Assembly (NCBI GenBank): GCA_041299015.1
Contig: JBFYWB010000062.1
Span: 9,411-73,410, forward strand
Origin: Deltaproteobacteria bacterium
GTDB taxonomy: Bacteria; Desulfobacterota; Desulfobacteria; Desulfobacterales; SG8-13
Direction of reading: 5' to 3'
Length of the DNA stretch: 64,000 nt
A program made the position numbers and the translations under genes. The notes below the pieces were generated by a model, which saw only the letters and a list, made by a program, of their open reading frames with translations, did not search any database and was not told the DNA's origin. Positions 39,306-48,295 of the stretch are shown here, piece by piece. Position 1 is the first letter of the stretch. Each line of letters starts with the position of its first letter.

Positions 39306-40166
39306 TCACAATGGATTCATTCCCAAAAAGGTATGCCAGATGCCCTCGCCGAACCATTGCTGCCGGATGATGGATCCGGTGCGGATCAACTCTCCGGCAA
39401 TCGCGCCGGCTTGACTGCGCATCAACCCGGATAGAATGAACCATTTTTTTTGGCGAAACCCGGCTGACGTCACCAGCAGGCGCATGACATCGTAGTGGAT
39501 GTTGGCCACCAGAAGATCCGCCGGAAGTGCGATAAACGCTTCTGCCCGGCCCTGCACCGCCAGGATGCGATCCGCCATGCGATTGATCCGGAAGTTTCTC
39601 AAGGCGGTGCGGGCGGCCAGCAAATTGATGTCCACCGCCAGGGTCGACCGGCTTCCCAGGGATGCCGCGGCAAGGGCCAGAAGCCCGGTTCCCGTACCGA
39701 GGTCGATGACAGCCTGCGGTCGCTCCTCGGCGTAAACCGTTTCCAGCGCGCGCAGGCAGTCGCGTGTCGTTGCATGCGTTCCGCTTCCGAAAACCACCCC
39801 GGGGTCCAAAACAAGGCGGTGAAGCTCTCCTTCGGCGGGGCGTTCTTTTCGTTCGATGTTCCAGATCGGCACGATATCGAATCGGCCGACGCAATAGGCT
39901 GCCGGCTGCTCGCCGAGCCACTCGGCGTAAGTCATTTGATAGGCTTCGATCAGTTTCATCTGGGGCTGGGCCGCAAGGAGTGCGTCGATTTCCTTTCGGC
40001 ACGGGCGGGTGTAGAAGAGAAAGGAATACCCGTCTTCTTCCCAGTTACCGATGAAGCCGGGGACCGAAAGGTCCGTCGCGGGGGCCACGCGGCCCTTCAG
40101 GTAATAGATGAAAAGCTTCGCATCGGGCTTGGCGACAATCGCCGTCGGAAGATCACTTCCTGTCAT
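39306..40166 (-). CDS. prmA: ribosomal protein L11 methyltransferase-like (PrmA family) SAM-dependent lysine methyltransferase
   Basis: A PrmA-type N-domain, then the SAM motif VIDLGTGTGLLALAAASLGS, then AVDIN and LLVANI. ATG at 40166 overlaps the upstream stop by 14 nt; the ORF track opens at 40253. Confidence 0.8.
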   Translation of the reverse strand: MTGSDLPTAIVAKPDAKLFIYYLKGRVAPATDLSVPGFIGNWEEDGYSFLFYTRPCRKEIDALLAAQPQMKLIEAYQMTYAEWLGEQPAAYCVGRFDIVPIWNIERKERPAEGELHRLVLDPGVVFGSGTHATTRDCLRALETVYAEERPQAVIDLGTGTGLLALAAASLGSRSTLAVDINLLAARTALRNFRINRMADRILAVQGRAEAFIALPADLLVANIHYDVMRLLVTSAGFRQKKWFILSGLMRSQAGAIAGELIRTGSIIRQQWFGEGIWHTFLGMNPL

Positions 40167-40836
40167 ATTTCGGCAATTCGTCCAGGTACCACTCCAGTGG
40201 GTCAACCAGCGTATATCCCATTTCTTTGAGTTTGCGCTTGATACGGGCCACATTCTGGGTCAACAGGTAAGGGAAGACTGCGCGCTTGTCCTTTTCAAAG
40301 TAACGCGCCACCAATACACTGCCGAAAGAGATGCCTTCCGCGGTGATGGCATCGACGATCTTTTTCAGCTGGCCGACCTTGTCTTCGACCAGCACGCATA
40401 AAAGGGTTCCCGGTTCGCCAAATCCCAGCACATTGATAAAAGCGCGCAGCAGGTCACGGACGGAGATGATGCCCTTGAGTCTGCCCGCCTTGTCGACGAC
40501 CGGCAGGGCGCCGACCCTGAGTTCCTGGATCAGTAACAGCGCATCTTGAAGGGTGTGGTGAGGTCCGATCGTTTTCGGGTCGGCCGTCATGATATCCATG
40601 ACCTTCAGATCTTTGACTTTTTCCGCTTCCGCTTTGCGGCTCGAGTCCTTGATCAGGCTGTACGGCAAGGCGCTGCGGATATCACGATCGGTTACGATTC
40701 CGATCAACCGGCCGTCGGCGTCGGTCACCGGCAGGTGGCGGATCCGGTTTTGCAACATTTTCTCATAGGCATCGAAAACATCCGTTTCCGGACCGGTGGT
40801 GATTACCTTTTGCGTCATCGATCGGCTGACAAACAT
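40153..40836 (-). CDS. CBS-pair plus ACT domain protein (AcuB-like)
   Basis: Two CBS repeats (IRHLPVTDADGRLIGIVTDRD, VGALPVVDKAGRLKGIISVRD), followed by an ACT-like C-terminus. ATG at 40836. Confidence 0.8.
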   Translation of the reverse strand: MFVSRSMTQKVITTGPETDVFDAYEKMLQNRIRHLPVTDADGRLIGIVTDRDIRSALPYSLIKDSSRKAEAEKVKDLKVMDIMTADPKTIGPHHTLQDALLLIQELRVGALPVVDKAGRLKGIISVRDLLRAFINVLGFGEPGTLLCVLVEDKVGQLKKIVDAITAEGISFGSVLVARYFEKDKRAVFPYLLTQNVARIKRKLKEMGYTLVDPLEWYLDELPKYDRK

Positions 40837-40913
40837 TGTGTACCTCCAGCGTGTCCGCATTCCAAGAATTGCGAAAATAAAATAAAAAAATCAATTGGTT
40901 TCAGCGCGGTCAT

Positions 40914-41864
40914 TTATTCGTCCAACAGGGCGGCGACGTGGTTGCGAGCCAGTTCGGGCAGACGCCGCAGGCAATAGCCGCCCTCGAGCACCGAAATGAT
41001 CCGTCCATTGCAGTGGCGGTCGGCGATTTCCATGATCCGCTTCATGACCCAAGAATACCACTCTGTGGTCAGGTTGATGTCCGACATGTCGTCGTCCTTG
41101 TGCCCGTCGAATCCAGCCGAAACAAGCACGAAATCGGGCTGAAACTGCTCAAAGTCCTTGACGAGGTTTTCTTCCACCAAGGCCGAATACTCCGTGTCGC
41201 CCTGTCCCGGCAGGACCGGGTTGTTTTTGGTGAACCCGTAACCGGGTCCGGAGCCGAATTCAAATTCTCTGCCGGTGCCGGGGTAGGCGAAGGTGGGATG
41301 CTCATGGATGGAGTAGTAAAACACGCTCGGATCCTGCTCGAAGATGTGCTGGGTGCCGTTCCCGTGGTGGACGTCGAAGTCGATGATGCCGACCTTTTGA
41401 ATTTGCCAGTTTTGCTGCAGGTAGCGCGCCGCAATGGCCACGTTGTTGAAATAGCAGAAGCCCATGGCCTGGTCGCGCTCGGCATGATGGCCGGGCGGAC
41501 GCACGGCGCAAAAGGCATTGTCGATCTTACCCGTCATCAGCATGTCGATCGTTTGAAGAATGCCGCCCACGGCCAGCAAGGCCGTTTCGTAGGTGTTGCT
41601 GCACATCTGATTGTCCGGATGTTCGAAAATCTTTTTTCCCGAGAAGCAGACGTCACCGAAGCGGTCGATGTAAGCGCTGTCGTGGACAGTCTCAATCCAC
41701 CGTCTTTGTGCCGGTTGGGCTCTGATGCAGAACAGCTTGGGCAGCAGCCCGCTCTCCTTGATACCGTGGTAGATGGCGGTCAGCCGTTCGGGTATTTCGG
41801 GGTGGTAAGGGCCGGTTTCGTGGAGCAGAAATCTTTCGTCATACAGAAAACCTGTTTTTCGCAT
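40914..41864 (-). CDS. Zn-dependent histone-deacetylase-family amidohydrolase (AcuC/APAH-like)
   Basis: VRPPGHHAE, DFDVHHGNGTQ and LEGGY motifs. ATG at 41864 (MRKTGFLYDERF) is preferred over the TTG at 41882. Confidence 0.9.
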   Translation of the reverse strand: MRKTGFLYDERFLLHETGPYHPEIPERLTAIYHGIKESGLLPKLFCIRAQPAQRRWIETVHDSAYIDRFGDVCFSGKKIFEHPDNQMCSNTYETALLAVGGILQTIDMLMTGKIDNAFCAVRPPGHHAERDQAMGFCYFNNVAIAARYLQQNWQIQKVGIIDFDVHHGNGTQHIFEQDPSVFYYSIHEHPTFAYPGTGREFEFGSGPGYGFTKNNPVLPGQGDTEYSALVEENLVKDFEQFQPDFVLVSAGFDGHKDDDMSDINLTTEWYSWVMKRIMEIADRHCNGRIISVLEGGYCLRRLPELARNHVAALLDE

Positions 41865-41891
41865 AAAGCCATCCAAGGTCAATGGGTGAAT

Positions 41892-42641
41892 TTACCCGAC
41901 GATCTTTTGAAAAATCTGGAATGCGGCCCGAACCGAACGGTTGTCCTCCGGTAGTTCGATGGTGGGGCGGCCGTTGAGGTCGAATTCATAGATCGCTTCA
42001 TCGGCCGGAACCGTCCCCGCCAGTTCGAGGCCACTCTCCTGCAAGATATCGAGCACCGTTGCGGAGGGCGGTTCCTTAGCCTGGTTGATCACAGCGTAGC
42101 TCTTGCCGACGACGATGTTGAGTTCACTGGCCAGCTTGTTGATGCGCACGGCGGCCTGGATGCTGCGACGGGATGTGTCGGAAACCACCAGGAGCACATC
42201 CACGTTCTTGGTGGTCAGGCGGCTGATGTGTTCCATGCCGGCCTCGTTGTCCATTACCACGTAGGGATAGTTGTTCTGGATGCGGTCGAGAAAATTGGTC
42301 AGAAGACTGTTGGCTGCGCAGTAGCACCCGGCACCCTCCGGCTGTCCCATGACGATCAGGTCGAAATCGTTGCCTTCGACGATGGCCTCTTCCAGCCTCA
42401 TTTCCATGAAGATATCCTTGGTCATCCCACTGGGAACGACCCCTTTTTTCATGTCTTCGCGGGCGCCTCCGACGGTACAGGCGATTTTCAACCCCAGCAC
42501 TTCGTTCAAATTGGCGTTGCAATCGGCGTCCACGGCCAAAATAGGCGTCTTGGCGTGTTTTACCATATATTTAATCAACAAACCGGCCAGAGTCGTTTTG
42601 CCCGTTCCGCCTTTACCGGCCAGAGCAATGGTATACGTCAT
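41892..42641 (-). CDS. CooC/AcsF-type MinD-family P-loop ATPase with CXC metal motif
   Basis: Deviant Walker A (AGKGGTGKTT), a CYC motif (GAGCYCAAN) and ~250 aa. No CODH/ACS gene is present in the window. Confidence 0.75.
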   Translation of the reverse strand: MTYTIALAGKGGTGKTTLAGLLIKYMVKHAKTPILAVDADCNANLNEVLGLKIACTVGGAREDMKKGVVPSGMTKDIFMEMRLEEAIVEGNDFDLIVMGQPEGAGCYCAANSLLTNFLDRIQNNYPYVVMDNEAGMEHISRLTTKNVDVLLVVSDTSRRSIQAAVRINKLASELNIVVGKSYAVINQAKEPPSATVLDILQESGLELAGTVPADEAIYEFDLNGRPTIELPEDNRSVRAAFQIFQKIVG

Positions 42642-42992
42642 TGGGTTTCATCTCCTTTGGATCTTGATATTAGCACAGATTTCAGCCGTTTTAAAATTGT
42701 TTAGGCCAGTTAAATCAAACAGTCAAGGGGCATCGTCGCGGGGATGGAACAACCGGGTGATTCCCGACTCTCACGATCGTTGTCCGCTATGGACACGGTC
42801 AGCAGAAACCATGTCCGAGAAGGCCTCTCAAATGCCTTGCAAAGGACGCAGATCATATGCTAATTGTATAAAATCATTTTAAACTCAATAATTACGGATT
42901 CTTAAAAAACGTCGCGGCAAGAACCCAACCCGGTTGTGAGCCGTCGCCGGCTGTCGGGGACGCCACCACTAAAACGACACAGGAGATGCACA

Positions 42993-44147
42993 ATGGACTT
43001 CGAGCTGAACAGGACCCAGAAGGATATCCAGAAAGCGGTCAGGGAATTCACCCGGGGTGAGTTCGACAAAGACCTGGTGCTGGAGCTGGAGAGAAAACAC
43101 GAATTTCCCGAAAAAATCTGGCGCAAGGCCTGTGAGCTCGGTCTGGTCGGGGTTCATTTCCCTGAAGATTATTCCGGACAAGGGCTCGGGTGCCTCGAGG
43201 ACATCCTGGTGGTCGAGGAATTGTGCCGCGGCGATTCGACCATGGGCAGTGCCATTGCCCTTTCGAGTTTTGCTTCGGAAATCATTTTGCACTGGGGCAG
43301 CGCCGAAATGAAGCAAAAATATCTGCCCGCCGTGGCCGAAGGCCGCATGCTCTCGGCCGGGGCTTTCACCGAACCGGACCGCGGCTCCGACATCACCAGC
43401 ATGAACACCACCGCGGTCAGAGACGGTGACGAATGGGTCATCAACGGGACCAAGACCTTCATCACCAACGGTGGGCTGGCCGGGTTTTATTCGGTCATGT
43501 GCCAGAGTGATCCAGATGTCCGACCGACCTATCGCGGGATCAGCCTGATGCTGGTTGAGGCTGATCGTGATGGACTGTCGACCGCGGACGTGGGGCAGAA
43601 AATGGGCATCCACATGATGGCCACGGCCGAAGTGAATTTCAAAGACGTTCGGGTGCCGGTCGCCAACCTGATCGGCGAGGAAAACAAGGGCTTCTACCAT
43701 GTGCTGCATTTTTTCGACGAAAGCCGGATACAGGTTGCGGCCCAGGCTCTGGGGATCGCCCAAGGCGCCTTCGATCGGGCGCTCGATTATGTCAAGAAGC
43801 GGGAGCAGTTCGGCAAGAAAATCGCCCAGTTTCAGGTTACCCAACACAAACTGGCGGATATGGCCACAAAAATAGAACTGGCGCGGCTGATGACTTACAA
43901 GGCGGCCTGGAATTTCGATCAGGGCCGTATCGATCCCAAGATTACTTCCATGGCGAAGATGTATGCGGCTCGAACGGCGGTCGAGGTGGCTGATGAGGCG
44001 ATTCAGCTGCTCGGCGGCTACGGTTACATGACCGAGTATGAAGTCGAACGGTTCTATCGGGATGCCAAGATCACCGAGATTTACGAAGGCACGAAAGAGA
44101 TACAGAAAAACACGATTGCCAGTGCCGTGCTGGGCAAGCTGAGGTAG
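42993..44147 (+). CDS. acyl-CoA dehydrogenase (short/medium-chain type)
   Basis: ATG at 42993 with an AGGAG RBS. ACAD blocks (GAFTEPDRGSD, WVINGTKTFITNG, IYEGTKEIQKN). Confidence 0.92.
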   Translation: MDFELNRTQKDIQKAVREFTRGEFDKDLVLELERKHEFPEKIWRKACELGLVGVHFPEDYSGQGLGCLEDILVVEELCRGDSTMGSAIALSSFASEIILHWGSAEMKQKYLPAVAEGRMLSAGAFTEPDRGSDITSMNTTAVRDGDEWVINGTKTFITNGGLAGFYSVMCQSDPDVRPTYRGISLMLVEADRDGLSTADVGQKMGIHMMATAEVNFKDVRVPVANLIGEENKGFYHVLHFFDESRIQVAAQALGIAQGAFDRALDYVKKREQFGKKIAQFQVTQHKLADMATKIELARLMTYKAAWNFDQGRIDPKITSMAKMYAARTAVEVADEAIQLLGGYGYMTEYEVERFYRDAKITEIYEGTKEIQKNTIASAVLGKLR

Positions 44148-44208
44148 TCAGAAACCATTTTTTTACGCTAGGGCGCTGCACTTCGCCTTTCAGCGAGAGG
44201 GGGAAATT

Positions 44209-44520
44209 ATGCTGGATATCGTCAAAAAAGCCCTGTTGACCGGGATTGGGATGGCCCTGCTGGCCAAGGATGAGATGGAAGAACTGGCGCGCGAGATCGC
44301 TGAAAAAGGAAAGATGACCGAGCAGGACGGCAAGAAATTTCTGACCGAACTGCAAAAAAGATATGAAGATGTGCAGGGCAAGCTGGAAGACCGGGTGGAA
44401 AAATCAGTCAAAGACATCCTGAAAAAGATGGATGTCGTCACCGGCGAGGAGCTGAAAGCCATCAAAAAGGAGATCAGGGAGTTGAAGAAGGCGATCAATA
44501 AAGACGCCGAGACCGCCTGA
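44209..44520 (+). CDS. phasin-like small coiled-coil protein (COG3937-type)
   Basis: 103 aa, highly charged helical protein beginning MLDIVKKALLTGIGMA. It sits upstream of ubiB, as in many genomes. Confidence 0.6.
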   Translation: MLDIVKKALLTGIGMALLAKDEMEELAREIAEKGKMTEQDGKKFLTELQKRYEDVQGKLEDRVEKSVKDILKKMDVVTGEELKAIKKEIRELKKAINKDAETA

Positions 44521-44586
44521 CCAATTCTTTAACAGGCCATCGCCCCCTCTTCTTTGCGGGCGCGAAAATCGCAGGCAATACCTGAC

Positions 44587-46284
44587 ATGCTCAGCATCCG
44601 CAAAATCGGCGTCATCGGCCGGACGTACCGCAATTTGAACCGCTACCGGCAGATTCTGGCTGTGTTGTTCAAATACGGCTTCGGCGATTTACTGGAACTG
44701 CTGAAGCTCGACCACTACGTTTCGGCCGGATTGCAGCTGATATCCAAAAAACAGCCGGTCAAGGTCGAGAAGCTCACCCGGCCGCAGGGATTGCGGATGG
44801 CCCTCGAGGAGCTCGGTCCGACATACATCAAACTCGGGCAGATACTGTCCACCCGTCCGGACCTTATCCCGGTCGACTTTCTGCAGGAACTCTCCAGGCT
44901 CCAGGACAAGGTGCCGCCGTTTCCCGCCGCCGCCGCCCGCAAGATCATCGAAACCGAGCTGGAGGTGGGCATCGATATTCTGTTTTCCCAATTCGACGAC
45001 ATACCGCTGGCATCGGCCTCCATCGGCCAGGTGCACCGCGCCCGGCTGCAAAACGGTCAAGAGGTGGCGCTCAAGGTGCAGCGGCCCGGTATCCAGAAAG
45101 TCATCGAGGTCGACCTCGAGATCATGCTTCATCTGGCAACCCTGATGGAACACCACATCGAGGAGTTGGCCTTCCACCGCCCGATAAAAATTGTCGAAGA
45201 ATTTGCCCGCACACTGGAAAAAGAACTCGATTACCTTCTTGAAGCCGCCAATATGGAACGAGCGGCGCTCAACTTCAGCAACGACCCCTCAACTCTGATT
45301 CCGGCCGTCTTTCGAGAGCTGTCGACGGTGCGGGTCCTTACCACCGAGTGCGTCAAGGGCATCAAGGTTTCGAATATCGAGCAACTCGATTCCTCCGGAC
45401 TCGATCGCAAGCTGATCACATCGCGTGGGGCCGACATTCTGCTGCGCATGATATTCGAACACGGCTTCTTCCAGGCCGATCCCCACCCCGGCAATATCTT
45501 CGTTTTGCCGGACAACGTCATCTGTCTGATCGATTTCGGGATGGTGGGTTCCGTCGACCGGCGAACCCGCGAAACCTTTGGCGATCTGTTAGACGGGATC
45601 GTCAAAAAGGACGCATCGAAAGTGGCCAAGGTCCTGCTGCAACTGACCCTCTGGGAAGAAGAGCCGGACATCCGCGCCTTCGAGATCGACGTGACCGATT
45701 TCATGGCCCATCATCTTTTCAAGCCCCTGAAAGAGGTTCGTATCGGCAAACTGCTCCATCATCTGCTGGACTTGGCATCGCGTCACCGGCTCCGGATTCC
45801 TCCCAACATCTTCCTGATGATGAAGTCCCTGACCACCGTAGAGGGCGTGGCACGCATGCTCGACCCGGAATTCGACATCTTCGGCAAGGCCGCTCCTTTC
45901 ATCAGGAGCCTGCTCCTGGAGCGATACTCACCGCAGCGTCTGTCGGCCGACGTGTTCCAGCTGACCGCCGATCTGATGAAGTTCACCCGGCAGTTCCCTC
46001 AAGACTTGCTCGACGTCGCGCGCCTGGCTCGCCGGCAGCAGCTCAGCCTGAGAATAGAAAACCGGGGATTGGAGCGCACCCTTTCCACCCACGACCAAAT
46101 CAGCAACCGCCTCTCCTTTTCGATCATCATCGCCGCCTTGATCATCGGATCGGCATTGATCGTGATATCCGAGACCCCCCCTTTTTTTTACGGCATATCC
46201 TTGATCGGCATCATCGGTTTCTCCGCCGCCGCTCTGATGGGTATCTGGCTGCTGGTGGCGATTCTGCGCAAGGGAAGGCTTTAG
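44587..46284 (+). CDS. ubiB: ABC1/UbiB-family atypical kinase
   Basis: YIKLGQILSTRPDL, ASASIGQVHRARL and ADPHPGNIF motifs, plus C-terminal TM helices. ATG at 44587; the ORF track opens at a TTG at 44554. Confidence 0.9.
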   Translation: MLSIRKIGVIGRTYRNLNRYRQILAVLFKYGFGDLLELLKLDHYVSAGLQLISKKQPVKVEKLTRPQGLRMALEELGPTYIKLGQILSTRPDLIPVDFLQELSRLQDKVPPFPAAAARKIIETELEVGIDILFSQFDDIPLASASIGQVHRARLQNGQEVALKVQRPGIQKVIEVDLEIMLHLATLMEHHIEELAFHRPIKIVEEFARTLEKELDYLLEAANMERAALNFSNDPSTLIPAVFRELSTVRVLTTECVKGIKVSNIEQLDSSGLDRKLITSRGADILLRMIFEHGFFQADPHPGNIFVLPDNVICLIDFGMVGSVDRRTRETFGDLLDGIVKKDASKVAKVLLQLTLWEEEPDIRAFEIDVTDFMAHHLFKPLKEVRIGKLLHHLLDLASRHRLRIPPNIFLMMKSLTTVEGVARMLDPEFDIFGKAAPFIRSLLLERYSPQRLSADVFQLTADLMKFTRQFPQDLLDVARLARRQQLSLRIENRGLERTLSTHDQISNRLSFSIIIAALIIGSALIVISETPPFFYGISLIGIIGFSAAALMGIWLLVAILRKGRL

Positions 46285-46389
46285 TGGGTTTGCCGCCGGA
46301 GGTAGATGAAGTTCGACGGCATCGGGCGATCTTCCACGGTGATGGTCCGCATGTAAACGTCAATTTTTACCAAGGGGCCGGGGCTTCAT

Positions 46390-48066
46390 CTATACCACTG
46401 TGTATCCTGGTCCTTCGCCGCCTTCGGGGCAGGTCCACGTGATGTTGCGATAAGGGTCCTTGATGTCGCAGGTCTTACAGTGGAAACAGTTGGACGGGTT
46501 GAGTTTAAGCCGTCTTTTTCCCGTTTCTGCATCGGTATCGATTTCGTAAACATTGCCGGGGCAAAAGCGCGTGCAGGGGCTGCGATAGGTGTCGAAGCAC
46601 CGGGTGACACACAAATGGGTGTCGTGCACTATCAAATGCGACGGTTGATCCTCGCGGTGTTTGGTTTTTGAGAGATACACGCCGGTCAGCTTGTCGACAT
46701 ACAAACCACCGTCAAAGGCGGATTTGTCCAAACCCGTGCCACCTGCGGTGTGGTCGGCTTTCGTGGGTTCGAGGGTTGTACAGTCTTCCTGAAGGGGCAT
46801 CCGTTCGATCAATCCGCGACCCTTGGTCACGTATTGAACCCCGAGGTGAATGTATTTGACTACCCCCTTTTTGGCAAGGGCCTGGGCGAAATTTCGGCCC
46901 GCGTAGATTTCTTCTTTCAGCCAGCTGCTTTCGAACAGAGTCGTGTAGGCGCTCAGGGATGCTTCGGTAAAGCTGTTTCGCGCCAAGGCCGCAAAGATGG
47001 CTTCGGCGGCCAGCATGCCGGATTTCATGGAGACGTGGAAACCCTTTAGAGCCGGCGAGTTGTGCATGGCGGCACTGCCGCCCACAAAGACGGCACCGCT
47101 GGTCGACAGCTTGGGGATGCTGAAATAACCACCCGTGGAAACCGTCCGGGCGCCCTGCTCGATGACCTTGCCGCCCCGGATGATATCGGACACAAACGGG
47201 TGGCGTTTAAACCGGATGAACATATCGTAGGGATCGATCAACGCGTCTTCGTACCCCAGACCGGTGAGGTAGCCGATGGCGATCTTTTTGCCTTTCATTT
47301 CGTAAATAAAGCCGCCACCGGGTGTGTTCAAGCCAAGCGGGTAGCCGAGAAAGTGGATGTCGTTGCCCTTGCCGGTTGTAAAATAATTGTTGTCCGGCAG
47401 TTGAATCACCTCTTTGACACCGGTTTCGTATACCTGGGGCATCTTGCCGGCGGCGAGGTTCAGTTTGGCTTCGATTTGCTTGTAGAGGTTGCCCCGGGCC
47501 CCCTCCCCGAAAACCGTTACCTTGGCCCTGAGGTCGATTCCGGGTTCGAAGTTGACTTTGTGCTCGCCATCTTTGCCAAGGCCCTTGTCGCCGGTGCGAA
47601 CACCGGTTACAGTTTGGCCGGTTTGGTCATACAGAACCTCTTTGCCGGCAAATCCCGGGAAAAGATTGACGCCCATCTCCTCGGCGATCCCGCCCAGCCA
47701 ACGGCAAAATTTCGACGAACTGATGATGTAGAATCCCTTGTTGTGGAGATAGCGGGGCACCAGGCTGGCCCGGAAGGCGCGGTTTCGGGTCAGGTAATAG
47801 AATGCATCGCCCTGAACGACGGCCTCAATGGGACACCCTCTTTCGATGTGGTCCGGCATGAGTTCGCGCAGTGCCCTTGGATTGAGAATGGCCCCGCTGA
47901 CCGCGTGGGCACCGATGTCGGCACCCTTTTCGATCAAGGCGACTTCGATGGTCATGTTTTTTTCCTGCGCCAGCTGCATCAAGCGGACGGCAGCTGCCAG
48001 ACTGGCGGGCCCACCGCCGACGAACACCACATCGAAATCAATGGATTCCCGTTCGACACTCATCAT
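46390..48066 (-). CDS. electron-transfer flavoprotein:quinone oxidoreductase (ETF-QO / FixC-FixX fusion type)
   Basis: FAD motif (FDVVFVGGGPASLAAA) and a C-terminal ferredoxin-like Cys cluster (CTRFCPGNVY...CFHCKTCDIKDP). ATG at 48066 follows an AAGGAG RBS. Confidence 0.88.
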   Translation of the reverse strand: MMSVERESIDFDVVFVGGGPASLAAAVRLMQLAQEKNMTIEVALIEKGADIGAHAVSGAILNPRALRELMPDHIERGCPIEAVVQGDAFYYLTRNRAFRASLVPRYLHNKGFYIISSSKFCRWLGGIAEEMGVNLFPGFAGKEVLYDQTGQTVTGVRTGDKGLGKDGEHKVNFEPGIDLRAKVTVFGEGARGNLYKQIEAKLNLAAGKMPQVYETGVKEVIQLPDNNYFTTGKGNDIHFLGYPLGLNTPGGGFIYEMKGKKIAIGYLTGLGYEDALIDPYDMFIRFKRHPFVSDIIRGGKVIEQGARTVSTGGYFSIPKLSTSGAVFVGGSAAMHNSPALKGFHVSMKSGMLAAEAIFAALARNSFTEASLSAYTTLFESSWLKEEIYAGRNFAQALAKKGVVKYIHLGVQYVTKGRGLIERMPLQEDCTTLEPTKADHTAGGTGLDKSAFDGGLYVDKLTGVYLSKTKHREDQPSHLIVHDTHLCVTRCFDTYRSPCTRFCPGNVYEIDTDAETGKRRLKLNPSNCFHCKTCDIKDPYRNITWTCPEGGEGPGYTVV

Positions 48067-48295
48067 TCGGCTCCTTTCACTCAGCCCGAAGGCCTCGATT
48101 GTATGTTCATCCAATCCCTGCGACACGCTCGGCGGTTGTCCGCTGGCGGCGCCAGGATCAATGGGGCCTGTTTAGCATGGCGGACGAATTTTGTAAATCG
48201 ACAGGAGGTCTTGAAATCCGGTTAATCAGAATTATTATCTCAGCTTAGCGGGCTACCGGCCGCTTTCAACCGCAAAACCGAAAGGGGGCAGACTT

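Noticed and set aside
45348-46442. 364-aa same-strand alternative-frame ORF inside ubiB; similarly 51618..52571 inside the ABC-2 permease and 39103..40002 inside prmA
   Set aside because: The translations are extremely Arg/Pro/Gly-rich, as expected for the wrong frame of GC-rich coding DNA. The annotated frames carry the family motifs.
47062-48225. 387-aa ORF antisense to ETF-QO; comparable long shadow ORFs at 40938..41954, 59021..60034, 57397..58284, 35938..36951, 14004..14912 and 25284..26090
   Set aside because: Each overlaps a gene with strong family signatures on the other strand. Each also shows low-complexity, Arg/Gly/His/Asp-rich translations without motifs.
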